A DNA stretch of 64,000 nt, taken from the NCBI RefSeq assembly GCF_018350175.1, contig NC_058368.1, positions 111,912,001-111,976,000 on the forward strand. Direction: 5' to 3'. Both the position numbers and the translations under genes were made by a program. Shown here piece after piece: positions 1-13,641 of the stretch. The notes below the pieces were generated by a model, which searched no databases, was not told the origin of the DNA, and saw only the letters and a list, made by a program, of their open reading frames with translations. Each line of letters begins with the position of its first letter. Positions within the stretch are counted from its first letter, which is position 1. Source of the stretch: Felis catus (Eukaryota).

Positions 1-59
1 GACGAATCCACATCAGGCGCCCCCCGGCGTGATACCAGGCAAGGCCTCAATGCCACTTA

Positions 60-510
60 GGCAATCCCCCTACCAAAATGTTTAACTCGAATCCAAGCCT
101 GAGACCAGCCCAGGTTGAAGGACATTCTGCAACACAGCTGGCCTGCACTCTTCAAAAATGTCCATATCACGAAAACCGGGGAACGGTTTTAGCTTCAATA
201 GGACGAAAGAAACCCAACAACCAAAGGAAATGTGTGATCTTGAAATGGATCCTGGGTCAGGAAAGACAACCAGACAAAATTATAGAGGACGTTTTGGGGA
301 CAGTTAAGGAAATTTCCACATGGACTGTGTAACAGCCAAAAATCAAGGTACAAACGTGTGCACACATGCGTGTTCACGTACACACACAAGGTGGGGGGGA
401 GAAAAGGGAAAGGGGCCAAAATGTTAACAACCGGGACACCTAGGTGAAAATGTTCATTGTACTACTCTTACGAGTCTTCCGGGGGTTTGAAAAGTTCCAA
501 AATAAAAGGA
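60..510 (+). mobile_element. Ancient L1M (L1MC/L1ME-like) 3' fragment
   Basis: Contains GGATCCTGGG…GGGGACAGTTAAGGAAATTT and GTTCATTGTACTACTCTT…TCCAAAATAAAA, typical of L1MC 3' ends. Confidence 0.55.
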
Positions 511-601
511 AGCAGACAGGTCTCATCAGTCCTGGGCAAGTGTCAGAACAGCCACTCTGAGCACAGCGGAGCCCTTCCTCGGTGGACCCGGGCACACTCA
601 C

Positions 602-773
602 CTGTCAGATACTCCAGGACGGCAGCCATGTACACGGGTGCCCCCACTCCAATCCTGTACTTGGGGTGGCCTTTCTTGATGTACCGCAGCATCCGCCCCA
701 CGGGGAAGATGACTCCCGCCTTGGCGGACCGGGAGGTCTTGGTAGATTTCTTCTTCCCACCCCGGCTCGACAT
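602..773 (-). CDS. MACROH2A1: Core histone macro-H2A.1, first coding exon (N-terminal H2A fold, 57 codons + 1 nt); the gene continues beyond the window start
   Basis: Translates to [57 protein letters not shown], the macroH2A1 N-terminus. Kozak-like context GCCGCCATG; phase-1 donor ACAG|GTGAGT with GT at 601-600. Confidence 0.98.
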
Positions 774-806
774 GGCGGCGGCCCTGGAGGTGAGTCAGTA
801 AACACA
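774..806 (-). other. MACROH2A1: 5' UTR part of MACROH2A1 exon 2
   Basis: Acceptor TCTTGCCTCCACAG| (AG at 808-807) lies 33 nt upstream of the ATG. An alternative AG lies at 785-784. Confidence 0.8.
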
Positions 807-3800
807 CTGTGGAGGCAAGAGGCACAGCCGTCAGGATCATGGGGGCAGTGCACCCCTCTTCCCCACACTCTCCGGCCCCTACAAGAAAGGCCACTCCTCG
901 CGGCCACTGAGTCCTCCGGGCCCAGTTCGTGCACTTGGTTGGCGCACTCTGGCCCCTAAGAAGAGATTGGCTACGCTTTTCACATTTTATACCACGACAT
1001 CAATTTTATCGGCCACTTACATTTAAACGTTACTCTGACAATGAGTGCTCTTAAGTGCCCTGCCTTTATGCCACGTGGTATAAAAAAAAAATGGGATTTC
1101 TTGGCTACGTCCAATATGCTTGTTTAATAATTGCATTTTCATACACTTGAGACCGGGGCTGATAAATTTGCTGAAGTCTTCGTGGAAAAAAAGCAAACGA
1201 TGTCACCTTCCCCTGGAATAAAGACGTAAAGCCTGACACCTAGGCCGCCTGATGGAAGCAGCATCTCTACCTCGTGACCCTTTCCCCGTGAGGGGCAATG
1301 GCAGCTCACAGGAGTTCAGCAGATAGTCAGGCTGCAATCACAGGCCCTCAGAACATGCCCAGTCCACTAGCTGGGCCTGTCCTTAGAGAAGAGGGAGAAG
1401 GGCTTTTCTTACCCTGATCCTCCTCCCAATCCACATCCAAAATGCCACGCAGTCCAGAGGATGCCCCCTTTTCAACACCTCACGGAGGGTCCTCTCCTCT
1501 CCACCCCAACTGTGACCGGATCCAGGTCATCTCTAACCAAATGATCGCAAATATGTCCTGAAGAGATCTCCCCACTACTCGCCCTACTCTCCAATCCACT
1601 GGCCCTCTGAGGGTGGTGCATACGAATCCGAGTACTCGACGGCCCCGGTGTTAAAGCTTTCTCTGGCTGCCACAGTTCCTAAGGTCAAATCAAGATCCTG
1701 GGCCTGTCATGCGATGCCCTAGAAATCTAGGCCTGGCACATCCATCCAGCTTCACCCCATACCTCCTGGGGTCCAAACTCGGACATGGGGCAGGGGTGGG
1801 GGTCACACACAGTTCCCTTCAAGTGCCCTCCCCTGCAGTGGCTGTGCCCTTTCGCCAAGACCTCCTCTATTCCTCACACTTGCTTCCTGCTCTCTGCCAT
1901 CCCTACCCTGAGCGCTCGGGTACAGCTCCTCCATCCACTGGGCTCCCTTGCACTTCACACCACGGCAGTGATGTGCATACAGCCCCCGCTTTCAGAGAGC
2001 TGCCCCTGGCTGGGCCCCTAGCACAGTACCACTGAGGTCTGCATGTTTGCTAAGAGCACTCAAGGTCTCAGATATTTGCTAAAAGCATTCCAGTCATTCA
2101 TGCATCCACTTTAGGAATGATGCTGGAAAATGGAGACGGTAGTACACAAGGCAGATGAGGTCGCTGTCCTCCCAGAGTTGGTGGGGAAGAAGGGAAGAGA
2201 AAGAGGAAATAACCCTACAGTCATTTAAATGATCATCATGAAAGGCAGTGAGGGTGCTGGGAGAGGAGCTGTGAACAGGCCTCTCAGCCTGTTCTCCGGC
2301 ACGAGGCAAGCATGTCTTAGAGGACATTTATGCTCAATCATTTAACCAAATGGGCAGGTCTCCCATCTACTGGTAAACTGAGATCAGGCTGCGTGCTGTG
2401 TGGGTGCCTCCAGCTCCAACAGGCCAGGCCTCTATGCCAGTGGAGGCGACAGAGTTAGGAGTCCTTGTTACTCTGATGCCCAACCCTGTATTTGGAACAT
2501 GCTTGTGGTTCATACCTAACATTAGTGTGACCCCTAAGATACCTCAAGTCATGTGCCTGACAGCCATGGCCAAAACAACAGAGAGCAGAATTTGGGGGCC
2601 CTCTGACAGAATGAAGGTGGCTCAAGCCCCAGCTCTGAATAGATGTTTGGAGGGCTGAGGCAGGGGGAGGGGCACTAAAGACGACTATGATAATACCTTG
2701 TATTTCTCATCAAGGGGTACCAAGTGTTAATGGATCACTGAGTGCTAAAAATAGAGTCCCAGAAGGGTCTGCACTTCTCTGAAACAATGAGATGGCTCCA
2801 TTTCTTGCTGTAATGAGCTCCATCTTGAGACATTCCCTGCAAACAGGTGCACATGCTCACTCTGAGCAGGAAATGGTATATGTACACGTGTGCATGTGTG
2901 TGTTCGCAGGGAAAGCTGCCGCTGGGTTTCTTAGCAGTCGTTTGCTTTACCACAAATGTGTTTCACAGACCAACCCAATGCCTCTGGACCGGAGTTTTCA
3001 GATCTGAACATTTCCCCTCTTTCAGCAGGAGAGGCCTGCAGTCAGTGATGATGAATGCAGCTCAGTCCCATTCTTACTGGAGCACAGGCTTCAGCCCTAT
3101 CTCCAGGCAGACCTGTCTGGGTAGGTTTGGGGCTGCCTCTGTGGGAATCAGTAACGTCCTGCCCCAGGGAAGAGCCACTAGCATTCAGAGACCTGATGGG
3201 CCCTAGACATGCTCATTCTTTAAAAGTGATGCTCCTGGTGCCTTCCTTCCACTCCAGCCAAGAGTCTTGACGTGGACATGGACAGGACGGTGACTCCCAG
3301 GTCTCTAGTCCAGTGCACACCTGGCTACAGAGCCCCAGAGCTCTGTTCTGACTGCCTGTGGCTAGGACCCACTTGACAATCCCATGGGCACCTTGAATCC
3401 CTTCCTGTTCCAAATCCTGTGGAATTTTCAGCTCCAGCAGTGACAACCTTGTGCATGAAGCCCCTAAGTGGGAGTCAACATGGGCCATTCTCTCTGCCCA
3501 CTTTCTCAGCACCCAGACATTAGCCAAGCTCTGTTGAACCCACCTCGTAACTGCCGAAGCCTCTTCCCTCCTCTTCAGCCTCCCTGCCTCGGTTCAGCTT
3601 TCTCTACTCCTCATCTACCCTCCCCAGCACTAGTCTCTCTCCATGGATGCCAGGGGATCTCTGCTCCCTTGCTGGTTCCTCACCACCCTGAGCCAGCCAC
3701 AAACAGCATCCTTCAACTACTTCCTCAGCATCACTTCCTGCCACCCCTCCCCCTGGGGGCGATGCTCCAGGCCACCACTGGTTTCCTGTCCTCGGATGCA

Positions 3801-4223
3801 GTGTCCAGAATATCTTTACACAGGCTGTCTCTCCTGCCTGTGACACCCTCTGTCCTTGTGCCAATCTGCTGCACTGGCACTCGTGAGATCCCTGTCCTCG
3901 GACCCAGCCATGGACTGGAATCGCTCACTGCTTCACGTTCCCAGAGAACATATCCTGGCACGTATCTGTGTGCCTGCCTGCCCAGCTCAGCCGAACCGCA
4001 AGCTGCTTGATGCCAGGCACTGTGGTCAGCTCATCCCTAAATCCCGGGGTCCCAGGCAGGGCCTTAAACGTCATGGATCCTCAAGGGGTATTATGCTGAG
4101 AGGAAACCATCTTCACATCTAGTTTTCAGTCAGGCTCCTGATAAAGCAGCCCCGTCTTCACCCCTCCCCTGGGGGCAGTCCTGCCGCTCCTGCTCCTCAC
4201 CCTTCCCCGCATTCTTCCTGCAC

Positions 4224-4419
4224 TTTTTTTATTTTAGAGAGAGTGTGTGCACATGCAAGTGAGCGGGGAAGAGGGGCAGAGAGAGAGAGAGAATCTTACG
4301 CAGGCTCCACGCTCAGCACGAAGCCCACGTGGGGCTCAGTCCCACGACCCTGGGATCGTGACCCGAGCTGAAATCAAGTCGAGTCGGATGCTCAACCGAC
4401 TGAGCCACCCAGGTGCCCC
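4224..4419 (-). mobile_element. Can-SINE (tRNA-derived)
   Basis: Reverse complement of the GGGGCACCTGGGTGGCTCAGTCGG head, (CT)n region and A tail; approximate TSD CCTGCACTT. Confidence 0.92.
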
Positions 4420-4689
4420 TTTTTTATTCCCTGCACTTCTAACTAGGTCCCCAATGTGCAGCCACAGCTTGGAAAGACGTCTGAGTCAGCCATGCGGCTT
4501 CATGACATCCAGTCATGTGTACGGACTTTAAAAACATCTTGGAGAAAATCACCTTGTGGCTGGGCAGTCTCCAGATGAACCTGTGAATGTGCCGGCTCCA
4601 TACTACTCTTCAGGGGTCTATGGAGATGTGGGCACCCACGTTGGGGACAGAGCGGCCGTGATGGAAGTGGCTGTTGAGCACTAGGCTGC

Positions 4690-4915
4690 GTAACTCAAAT
4701 TCCAAAGTCAGACTGACCTCATTCAAGTTGTGGCTCTGCCACTTACCACCCATGCGTCCTCGGGCACGTGATATGATGTTACCCTCTGAGCTTATTTTAT
4801 CATCAGTCAAGCGGGGATGAAGGTAGAATCGACTTCAATCATTTGGTGGGAAAACTGAACAAAACATGCATATACGGGGCCTGCCAAGAACTCACTGAGT
4901 GGGTGCTCAGGTAAG
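4690..4915 (+). mobile_element. MIR
   Basis: MIR core GGCTCTGCCACTTAC…CCTCTGAGC. Confidence 0.6.
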
Positions 4916-4989
4916 TCAATAAAAACAACAACAACGAACAAAGGCCGCCTCCTCGAGAAACCAATGTTGGGTATTTGAACTGGCAAGGA

Positions 4990-5330
4990 CAGCACCAGTT
5001 GCTGTAACAAACAAGCCCCCATAGCTTATTTCTCTCTCGTGGAAAGTCCAAAGTAGGTTTCCATGATTGGTTAGTGCTTCTCCACATGAGTCAGGGACCC
5101 AGACACCACCCCCCATCCTTCAATGCACAATTCCCAATGTCACCACAGAAGGAAAGAGGTCGTGGATGCTAACACATGGAGGCCTTCGGGGGCCACACCC
5201 AGAGGCGGAGCATACCACTACTGACCATGATTCATCGACTAGAACTTGGTCACATGGCCACACGTGATTGCAAAAGAGGTTGAGAAACGCCCTTTTGCTA
5301 TTTGCTCAGAAAACAGCCAGTCTCTGTCCT
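4990..5330. mobile_element. MaLR LTR fragment (MLT1K/L-like)
   Basis: GTTGCTGTAACAAACAAGCCCC…TTGGTCACATGGCCACAC motifs. Confidence 0.5.
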
Positions 5331-8300
5331 ATAACAAACCAACTTGAAAGCTGACCCTGAAGCCAGGGTGGGAGCAACCAGCCAAAGCCTGTTGGGCCCT
5401 GTTTGACCCATGCCCTGCATCCAGCCTCTTCTGAGAGATGGACAGTCCTACGTCACAGAAAAAAGTGGCTTCTTGCACACTCGGCTTCTCTTCAAGGCAT
5501 GGACATTGCTCAGGAAAGAAACAGCTGTACTATCTTGTCAGACTGACAAAGCGATGTCCTTCCTTCCCAGGCTAATCATCCAGGAGAGCCCCCCCTTCAA
5601 TAAACCAGAAGTCCTCACCCCTAGGGAGGACCCCAAGTGCTTTGAAGACAGTGACACGGCCTCAGGCAACCTCACTACACATGAGCCTAGCTGCTTTTTT
5701 GACTGTTATCGGGCCAGGAAATGAAGACTCTGTGGTTGATCCCAAAGGGATCTCTGTGGTCTTTACCTCTGCAACTCCTCCAACTATAAATCAATCACAG
5801 TAGACATGACCCTTGCTTGCAGAAACCCAAGGCTTACCCAGAGACAAGCTAGGCTTGAGTGATAGGCAGGTCTCTGACCACTGGCTCCTCAACAACTGAG
5901 CTGTGACCGGGGCACCTGATCTGTCCTCTTGGCGCAGGACTAGCGAGAGGCCTGGCTGTGAGGATCCCACGAGTAAGATGGACACAAGAATGACAAGCCC
6001 TCTACTACCACAAGGGCCACAGAGGAAAAAGGGTCAAAGGGCTGTCCTACCTACTACCACACTGTTGCACTCTTCCCCAACAGGGCACCATAACAGGCTC
6101 CACACTGCCCTGTAAACCACTTTCGTCACTTCGGCACATACCACCCTCTCAGTCGATAGCACTCTCTCCAGCCCTGTGTCTGTTCCTGCTGTGGCAGTGC
6201 CTTGTGCCCGCCAGTCACAGTCTAGTTTGGGCCAGCCCTATGCCCAGACTCCAGCCTTGCGCACAAGGCCCCACTGACCTCCCGCCCATCTCTCCCTATT
6301 TCCAGCAACGAGGGCTCCACCAGGCCGAACGGCTCCCGGAGTCCTTAGTGGACATTCCTGCGTGTGGCCCGAGCCCAGCTACAAATCCCTCGTGACGTTC
6401 CTCACCCTGACACCATTCTTTAATATGTTCAATTGCTTTTCTCAATCTTATATAAAGTGCTCTGCAAATGCAGTTCCCAGCCCTTTCTTCCAACTGGATT
6501 GCTACTCAACATCCAATTTATATAAATATCCTGAAGCCAACCTCCCCAACCTTAGCAGCTGCTATACTGTATCATCACTGCCAATTTCCTTGTCTGTCTT
6601 GGTGGGACGTACCAGTCTGCTCCCCAGTGTACCTCCAGGAACCCACTGCCCTGCCTGGTACCTGGTAGGCCCTCAAATGCTGGCTGGATGGTGACTAATT
6701 AGTTGGATGCGTTTACAGTTCTCTGGACAAAGATGAGGACAGCATTTCCAAAGGCCACAGGACTCAGAAATGTGGCAAGTGGGACAGCAGTCAGGGACCT
6801 TCATTGAAACCATTCACGGACACATACCTGGCCGATCCCTGTGGGAGCTCAGACCCTTGAAGTTCAGGGAGCTTGTGGGGCCATCTTAGAGATTCCCAGG
6901 GAGGAAACACCACAACGGCCCTGACGGCTGAGGTGGGAGCCCCACAGAGGCCTTCCCACTCCCTAATAATTCTGTGGCTCCAGCCACCTCTCCTCTTGCC
7001 AGGCAACTAGCTCAGTAAGAGACTGGAGGGAAATACTTCCCTTTCTCACACCTGTAAGTGACTGACCTCCACTAAGGCTACAGCACAGAAAACTCTTAAT
7101 CAGGGCACTTAGAAAACCACCTGAACTGGAGATTGTGAGGTCCTCTGTTACCTAAGCAATGAATTTGTGCATATTGATACCGAATGAAATGTTGACCAGA
7201 ATTGCTGCGGAGCTGGCAGTCACACGGCCCCCATCCCAAGCACCTGAGGACAGGGAACCTGAGCGATCAGCGCTTACAGTTGCTATCGCCGAGGGAGGAC
7301 TGCACCATCCACTCCCTGCAGCTGGATGAAGGCCCACGTGTCCACATGCATTTGTCAGCTTCCCATCAAGTCCAATCATGACAGCAAACCTGAGACACTT
7401 AATTCTGAAGCACAGGACACTAATCCTGTTTACAGCATTCTCTTCCATTTACTCCTACCATACCAGATGATTAACGGTGTCACTGCTGTCAGGTCTCCAG
7501 AGGCAGGAGGATCTACTACACAAGTATCGCTCACAGAGCTGGGGTTCAGAAACAGCGTTCTGATTGGCCGAGAACAGAGACTTGTTCTGGTGCTCGAGCC
7601 AATCAGGGAAAACCTCTCTCTCCATTCATAAAACACGAGATCATAAAGGGAGCCGGAGGATTAAAGAACTTACAGTCCACCCTCAGTGAACCAAGGGATT
7701 ACAAACAAGGAGAAAAGGACAAATTGAGATAATAAATAAATCCTAAATGGCACTTTTTGTTCCAGCACACATGTCTTCCTCGTGTGTTAGGTTTTTAGTG
7801 GTGGGGAACAAACAGAAACCCGAACCAAGTGTTATTCAGGAAAGAGTTTACAAGAGGCTAAGGGAGTCAGCACGACATTTCAATAGCAAAGCACTGTCTT
7901 CCTGCCTCACAAGGAAACTTTAATTCACACTCCTCTCTCTTTTAAAAGTTGTGCCAAACATTAAAATAATTTCAACGGAAGGTTATCAAAGGAAAACTTT
8001 AAACGTGAGCTTCAATAGGGCAGGACCCTGGCTGGCTGGGCTTGCCATCCAGAAGCTATTCAGTATTTGTGGAATACATGAAGCATTCACAATAACAATA
8101 AAATACATCTGGCCATGATTCTTTCCTGCTCAGAACCTTCAACAGCTTCTTCTAGCTTCACCTGAGTTCCCTCCACGATACAGCCATTCTGAGCCTCTGG
8201 CAGTTCCCCCATATGACCTCTATTCTCGCTGTTCTAAGACTTGACACATGGGGTTCCCCAGGCCTCAAACACTTGTCTCCATCTGCCCTCCATTGCCCAG

Positions 8301-9311
8301 CCAACTCCTACTTGGTCTTTCTGTACAGTAAGGGCTTGCTTCCACTTATGTCACCTTTCTGGGGGTTACTATGGGAGCTCCTGTGGCCTTCTGCACCAAA
8401 TTCGCAATAGCCCCTTGCCTGTCTTCTCCTTGTGTCAGTTTCCCAAGGACAAGGACTGAGCACTTCTTGATCATGCTTTTGTCCCCAGTGCCTGACTCAG
8501 AGTTGATTCTCAGGAAATATTTATTGGAAGACTTTAAGACACCAGTCAAGAAAACAAGCTATACAACTCTTTGGAACCCATCTGGGCTCCCTCGTAAGAG
8601 CTGGGGCGGGACCTAATGTACTTCTAAAACTGTAGAACGTGGGGAGGACTCACAGGATAGGTGCGGGGTCCCTCTCGTCCCTGCTCCTTCCCAGCATATG
8701 TGCCAAGAACGGGGCTATGAAAAACCCAACACAAATCCAAAGGCACAATCAAACCAAAAACTGGAAGCTGCTGCAATTCTGATCAATACCACACATAGGC
8801 TCTTATTGGACTTCATCAGCTTGGACTTTGCACTTTTTTTTATTTAAATAAATCTCCTTTAAATGACTGGGGGCAGCATTAGCTCTGAAAGTATTGGAGG
8901 CAAATCCCACAAAACATGTACTCCAAGCCTTCCTGTGGGGAAGAGATGAGGACTCTTGGGAGTTCTGTTGTCACCAGGACCAGAGGAAATGGCAGAATAA
9001 GATGTACCACTCCCTGTGTCTGGGCCCTTTGGTATAGACCACGGTAGTGACTTAGGACAATGCATTAGACTGTCACATGTGATGTTCCAGACTACTCTTC
9101 ATTCTAAAGGACCTACCTACCTCAAATAATTTTCACTTAAACCCTTCCCACCTCCCCAATGCCTTTAGGGATCAGCATTAACAATGGTGACAGGTTAAAA
9201 CGAAATACAAGAATGAAGAGATTTCCCACCCTCCACCTAAAACTATAGGGGGCAAGAATTTAAAGACTGAGGGTTTTTGGTTTGTTTTGTTAAGAAAGAA
9301 AAAAAGTTTAT

Positions 9312-9525
9312 GGGACACCTGGGTGGCTCAGTCAGTTGAGCATCCTACTTTGGCACAGGTAATGATCTCACAGTTCATGAGTTCAAGCCCCACATCAGGC
9401 TCTGTGCTGTCAGCTTAGAGACTGGAGCCTGCTTCGGATTCTGTGTCTCCCTCTCTCTCTCCCCCTCCCCAACTCACACTCTCTCTCTCAAAAATAAATA
9501 AACATTTGAAAAAACTTTTAAAAAA
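9312..9525 (+). mobile_element. Can-SINE (SINEC_Fc-like)
   Basis: GGGACACCTGGGTGGCTCAGTCAGTTGAG head, CT tract and AAAATAAATAAACATT tail. Confidence 0.93.
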
Positions 9526-10997
9526 GGAAAAAAACATAAGGTTTAAAAGCATATTTATCTTCATTGGAGAGCCTCTTGTGCAAGACAGAGATGCGGCTAC
9601 CCAACTTCAGCTAGTTGTTGTACGATGGGTATTAATTCCAGTTGCAGGCAGGGAGTGGCCATTTCAGAGCCGGTAACCCCCCCTGAAGGCGCCCCTGCAA
9701 TAGGCGGATTCCACCAAACTTACAACTAGAGTCTCCCATTCAAACCTAAAGCTGCTTGAAATTCCCCTAGTCTGTGGGGCAGGAAGCCTTGGAACAAAGC
9801 ACCTTGCCCCCTCTTTAACGGTAAAACCTCAAACCACAAAGGTGGAAGAAAAAGAGAAGCTAGCAGGAGTGCCCCTCTTAATTGTCTATTTTTATATGCT
9901 GTTTATTTGGTCGTTAAAATCTTACAAGGATTTCACGGTAATTGTAATTGTTGAATTCCAGGTTTGTCTTAGCTGATTGTACGGACATTTCTCACTTTCA
10001 AACTCAGCAACATTTTTCCTAATATCTTGTCTAAAAGAACCTTCCAGTCTGCCGACCAGATCCTTGAGTGATCCGTGGTCCCTGCAGGAGTGGAGGCAGG
10101 GCGCGCCACCCCGCACACCTGTTGTCAGGTGACACCGCCTGCAGCATCCAGCGCACTCACCTCTCCACTCCACCCCACCCCCAGCGAGTCCCTTCCCTCC
10201 CGGCCTTCTCCACCGGGAAGCCTACAGCCTTCTGGAGTTACCTTAAAAAGGAAAGAAAGAAAGAAAAAGAGAAAGGAAGAAAACACAAAAACCTCCCAAC
10301 CACAAAGCAAACAAAAGGCCGATCATAAGATGAGCGAGGGCAGCGGGGGTTCCCGCGTCCCCTCTCCAGCCAGTCCCTGGACAACCCCCACCCCGGCCCT
10401 GCCTGGCTCCAATCCCACAAGTATCCCCCAGCCGCCAACCCTCCCCTCCCCGCAGAGAGCGAGCCAGACGCCTGCACCACGGCCACCTGGCTCTCGGGCC
10501 CGACTTATTGTGCTGGGGCCGGCAACTCGCGGGCCCGCGGGGCCCTCACCAAGTACAACTCCGAGCACCGCAGCTCCCGGTCGCCCAGGCCCACGCTGGC
10601 CGGCCAGCGCCGCGGGGCCTCCCCGGGCCTCTAGCTTAGCCCGCCCGCCCGCCCTGGGAAGGGTCGCCGGGGGAGGGGCCAGCACTGTCGCCTTCCCACA
10701 AAAGCGCCCAGGCGCGGGCAGGAGGACGCGGTTTGGAGAGAAGTTGGCTTCCGGGTTCGCTGTTTGAACAAAACCAAAGAGAATCCCGCGCGGCCGGGCG
10801 GGGAGGGCCTGGGAGGGCGCCGTGCGCGCGCGAGGCCCCGCGTGGGCCACGCCGAGCGCGGCGACCCGAGCCCGGCCGAGCGCCGCCCGTGCGCGCCAGG
10901 CCCGGCCGCTCCCAGGCCCCCGCGGCCGGAAGCGCGCGGTGGCCGGACCCGGCGGCGGGGACCGGGCGCGGGGCGAGGGGGCCCGCGCGGCACTTAC

Positions 10998-11180
10998 GGG
11001 GCGGCTCGGCGGCGGCGGCGGCGGCAGCAGCTAGGTGTCCGGCCCGTGCCCTCTCGGCCGCTCGCGCCTTTTCTCTCCGCGCTCGTCGCTGGCCCGCCCG
11101 CCCGCCTCCTCGCTTCCCGCCCGCGCGCCGCGCGCTCGCCCCCTCCGCCCGGCTCCGCTGCCGAGTGAACTGGAACCAGT
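10998..11180 (-). other. MACROH2A1: MACROH2A1 non-coding exon 1
   Basis: Minus strand starts ACTGGTTCCAGTTCACTCGGCAGCGG, matching the human H2AFY mRNA 5' end as I recall it. Donor CCC|GTAAGT with GT at 10997-10996. Lies inside the CpG island. TSS position is approximate. Confidence 0.85.
11007..11024. repeat. (CGG)6 triplet run in the MACROH2A1 5' UTR
   Basis: Read directly from the sequence; followed by CAGCAGC. Confidence 0.9.
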
Positions 11181-13434
11181 CGCCGAGGCCCCGGGATTCC
11201 CACAATGCACAGCGCGCCGCTCGTCACATCCCATGCCGTCCCCGCGCGTCCGGCCACCCCTCCCGCGCCACCCGGGCGCCCCGGCCTTGACCCCAGCCCC
11301 GCGGCTGCGCGCGCCGCGGCCTCCGCGCTCCGCCGCCGGGACGTCTGTCCGTCTGTCCATCTGTCGGCGGGCCGCCCCGAGGCCCTGCCCGCGGGCACCC
11401 CGCCCCGAGGCTGGGCGCCCGACGCAGGGCGGGCCCCGCGAGCCGGGGCGCGCCCTGAGCTAAGTCCTCAGAAGGGGTCTGGTCCCTCGCAAAGGCGCTT
11501 CTCTGGCGCGCGTCGCAGCCCGTGGGTCTCGAGCGACACTTCTTGAGTGCCTACTGTGTGCCTGGCATGGAGCACGGGACTGTAGCTGACTCAGCCCTAA
11601 AAGCCTTCTCGTTAAGCCAGGGAGGGGGAGGCACAATTGCTGTTACCAGCAAGCACTTTTCCCTCCACCACCAATGCAAACCTCCCGCGCACCTGAGAAC
11701 GTTCGCCGTGTTTCCGTTCGAGCCCCCATCAAACTCTTTCCTGCCCCACGACCAGCCACTGCACATCATGCTCACCTGGGGTTCTTTATAGTGACCCCCG
11801 GAAGTCTGGACCTGCTTTGCGCATGGGAGCGGTTAGCTACTTTGATTCAGCCAACGTTCACTATTGGACTCAAACTGGGATTTACAACATCAGAAGTGAT
11901 TATCACACACACTTTTTTTTCAAACTGCAGACAAGCAGAAAGAGAAGGAACCACTGCAAAGCCCATCTGTATATTCCTAAATTGGTTCCTTGCTCTAGAG
12001 CGTTAGTGCCCCATCCAGGTTGCCTAAATAGGGACCTTCTCTCTGCGTCCCTCCCTCTCCTGGCCAAACTGTGAAGGGGGAAGCCACCTCAGCACCTAGG
12101 TGTGGACCAAATTTAAATAACAATACACGCCCAGCAGAAGTTTCCTGTGCTCTTGCTGGAGGTGACGGGAAGAGATTATGGAATTAACCCAAAACCGCTC
12201 CTCCCAACTCTCAGGCCGCCCGTATAGCAGCGGTGGTGACCTCCTCCCCTCACTATGCTGCTTTCACACTTCAAAAGTTTGCAAAGCAGTGTCGAATACA
12301 GGCCATTCATGCATTCATTAATCCGGTTAACTACTGTGGTCACACTTTGTGCCATGCTCCAATTTGGGTGATGGAGATGAAGCAGTGAACGAACAGGCAA
12401 AAATCCCAGCGTTGGAGTTTGAACCCCATAGGGAAATAGGCAATAGGAAAAAGGAGAAGCAGTCTCCTTAACAGGAGAGAACCTCTGAAAGGAAGACCAA
12501 ACCTGTCGGGGGGAGACTCGTAAAGCCTGTTGGTGCCCTGGCAGCAGACAGATGTGAAGCTTCTTCTTCGACAGGTCCTCAGTGATGGCCAAGGCCAGAC
12601 ACAGAGGATGACCGTCCGATGGATCCCAATCTGCAACCTTAGGAGGCCAAGAAGTAACTCATTCACCGCCACCCCAGTATTGGCTCTGACTCAGTGAAGA
12701 TCACATATACCCTATAATTTCACCCTCATGACAGGCAGGCTAGTTCTGTACGTTTCTACTTCCATTTTACAGATGAGGACGCTACAGTTCCAGGAAGCCA
12801 AGAAATCTGCCTGAGATCACACAGAGTTTCAAACCCAGGTTTGTCCAGGACCTGAGTTTTCATGATTCAGGCCTGAAGGGAGCCCTTCTGGAGGTTCGGT
12901 TTTCTCTATGTGCACAGTCCAGTCTTCCGTGTCCCCCAATGCAGAGAGTGGGTCTTTTTGTTCCCACCCAGTCCCACACCACCATCACTGGGTTAGAGTC
13001 TGTACCCTTCCAGAGGTGATCTTAGTGCCACCCCACCCCCAACCCCCCTCTCCGGCACACTGTTCTCATAGAACTCACTAGGAGTATCGTCCCCCAGAGC
13101 TGTTCAGGCAGAGGCCCTGTGTCCATCTCTCTTTAGAAGGCTCCACCTTTTCTCTCCTTTGTCTCTCCTCCTTATTTTGTATGCCTTTGGTGACCTGTCC
13201 CCTCACCTACTCTGGCTCAGGGAGGTTCACAAGCTGTTTCCCCTCCACTTGCAAAATAAAATGCATGTTCACCGTGTGGAACTTGGAAAATAAAATTGCA
13301 CAAAATATAAAGATCACTCTTCGTACACCACTAGGAGAGAACCACTATTCCTCTTTCAGCTTTTGTATCCATATCTACTTAATATTAAATATATTTGGGT
13401 TTCTACTGCATTTAGTGCTTGTCACCTGCTTTTT

Positions 13435-13641
13435 TAAAAATATGTTTCAACGTTTATTTATTTTTAAGAGAGAGTGTGAGCGGGGGAGGGGCACAGAGAG
13501 AGGGAGACACAGAATCTGAAACAGGTTCCAGGCTCTGAGCTGTCAGCCCAGAGCCCGACGCGGGGCTTGAACCCACAAACCATGAGATCATGACCTGAGC
13601 TGAAGTCAGACGCCCAACCGACTGAGCCACCCAGGCGCCCC
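13435..13641 (-). mobile_element. Can-SINE (SINEC_Fc-like)
   Basis: Full element with TSD TGTCACCTGC(T/C)TTTT. Confidence 0.95.

Larger units (their letters stand above)
10340..11540. promoter_or_regulatory. CpG island / MACROH2A1 promoter
   Basis: Very high GC and CpG density with multiple GGGCGG/CCGCCC boxes, surrounding exon 1. Confidence 0.95.

Noticed and set aside
543..601. C-terminal part of the 76-aa macroH2A ORF (GECARVHR…)
   Set aside because: Read-through into the intron after the GTGAGT donor.
1013..1023. Minus-strand AAT|GTAAGT donor in MACROH2A1 intron 1
   Set aside because: No convincing partner acceptor; such words occur by chance.
10075..11546. Many long Pro/Arg/Ala/Gly-rich ORFs
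   Set aside because: Expected from stop-codon depletion in a CpG island.
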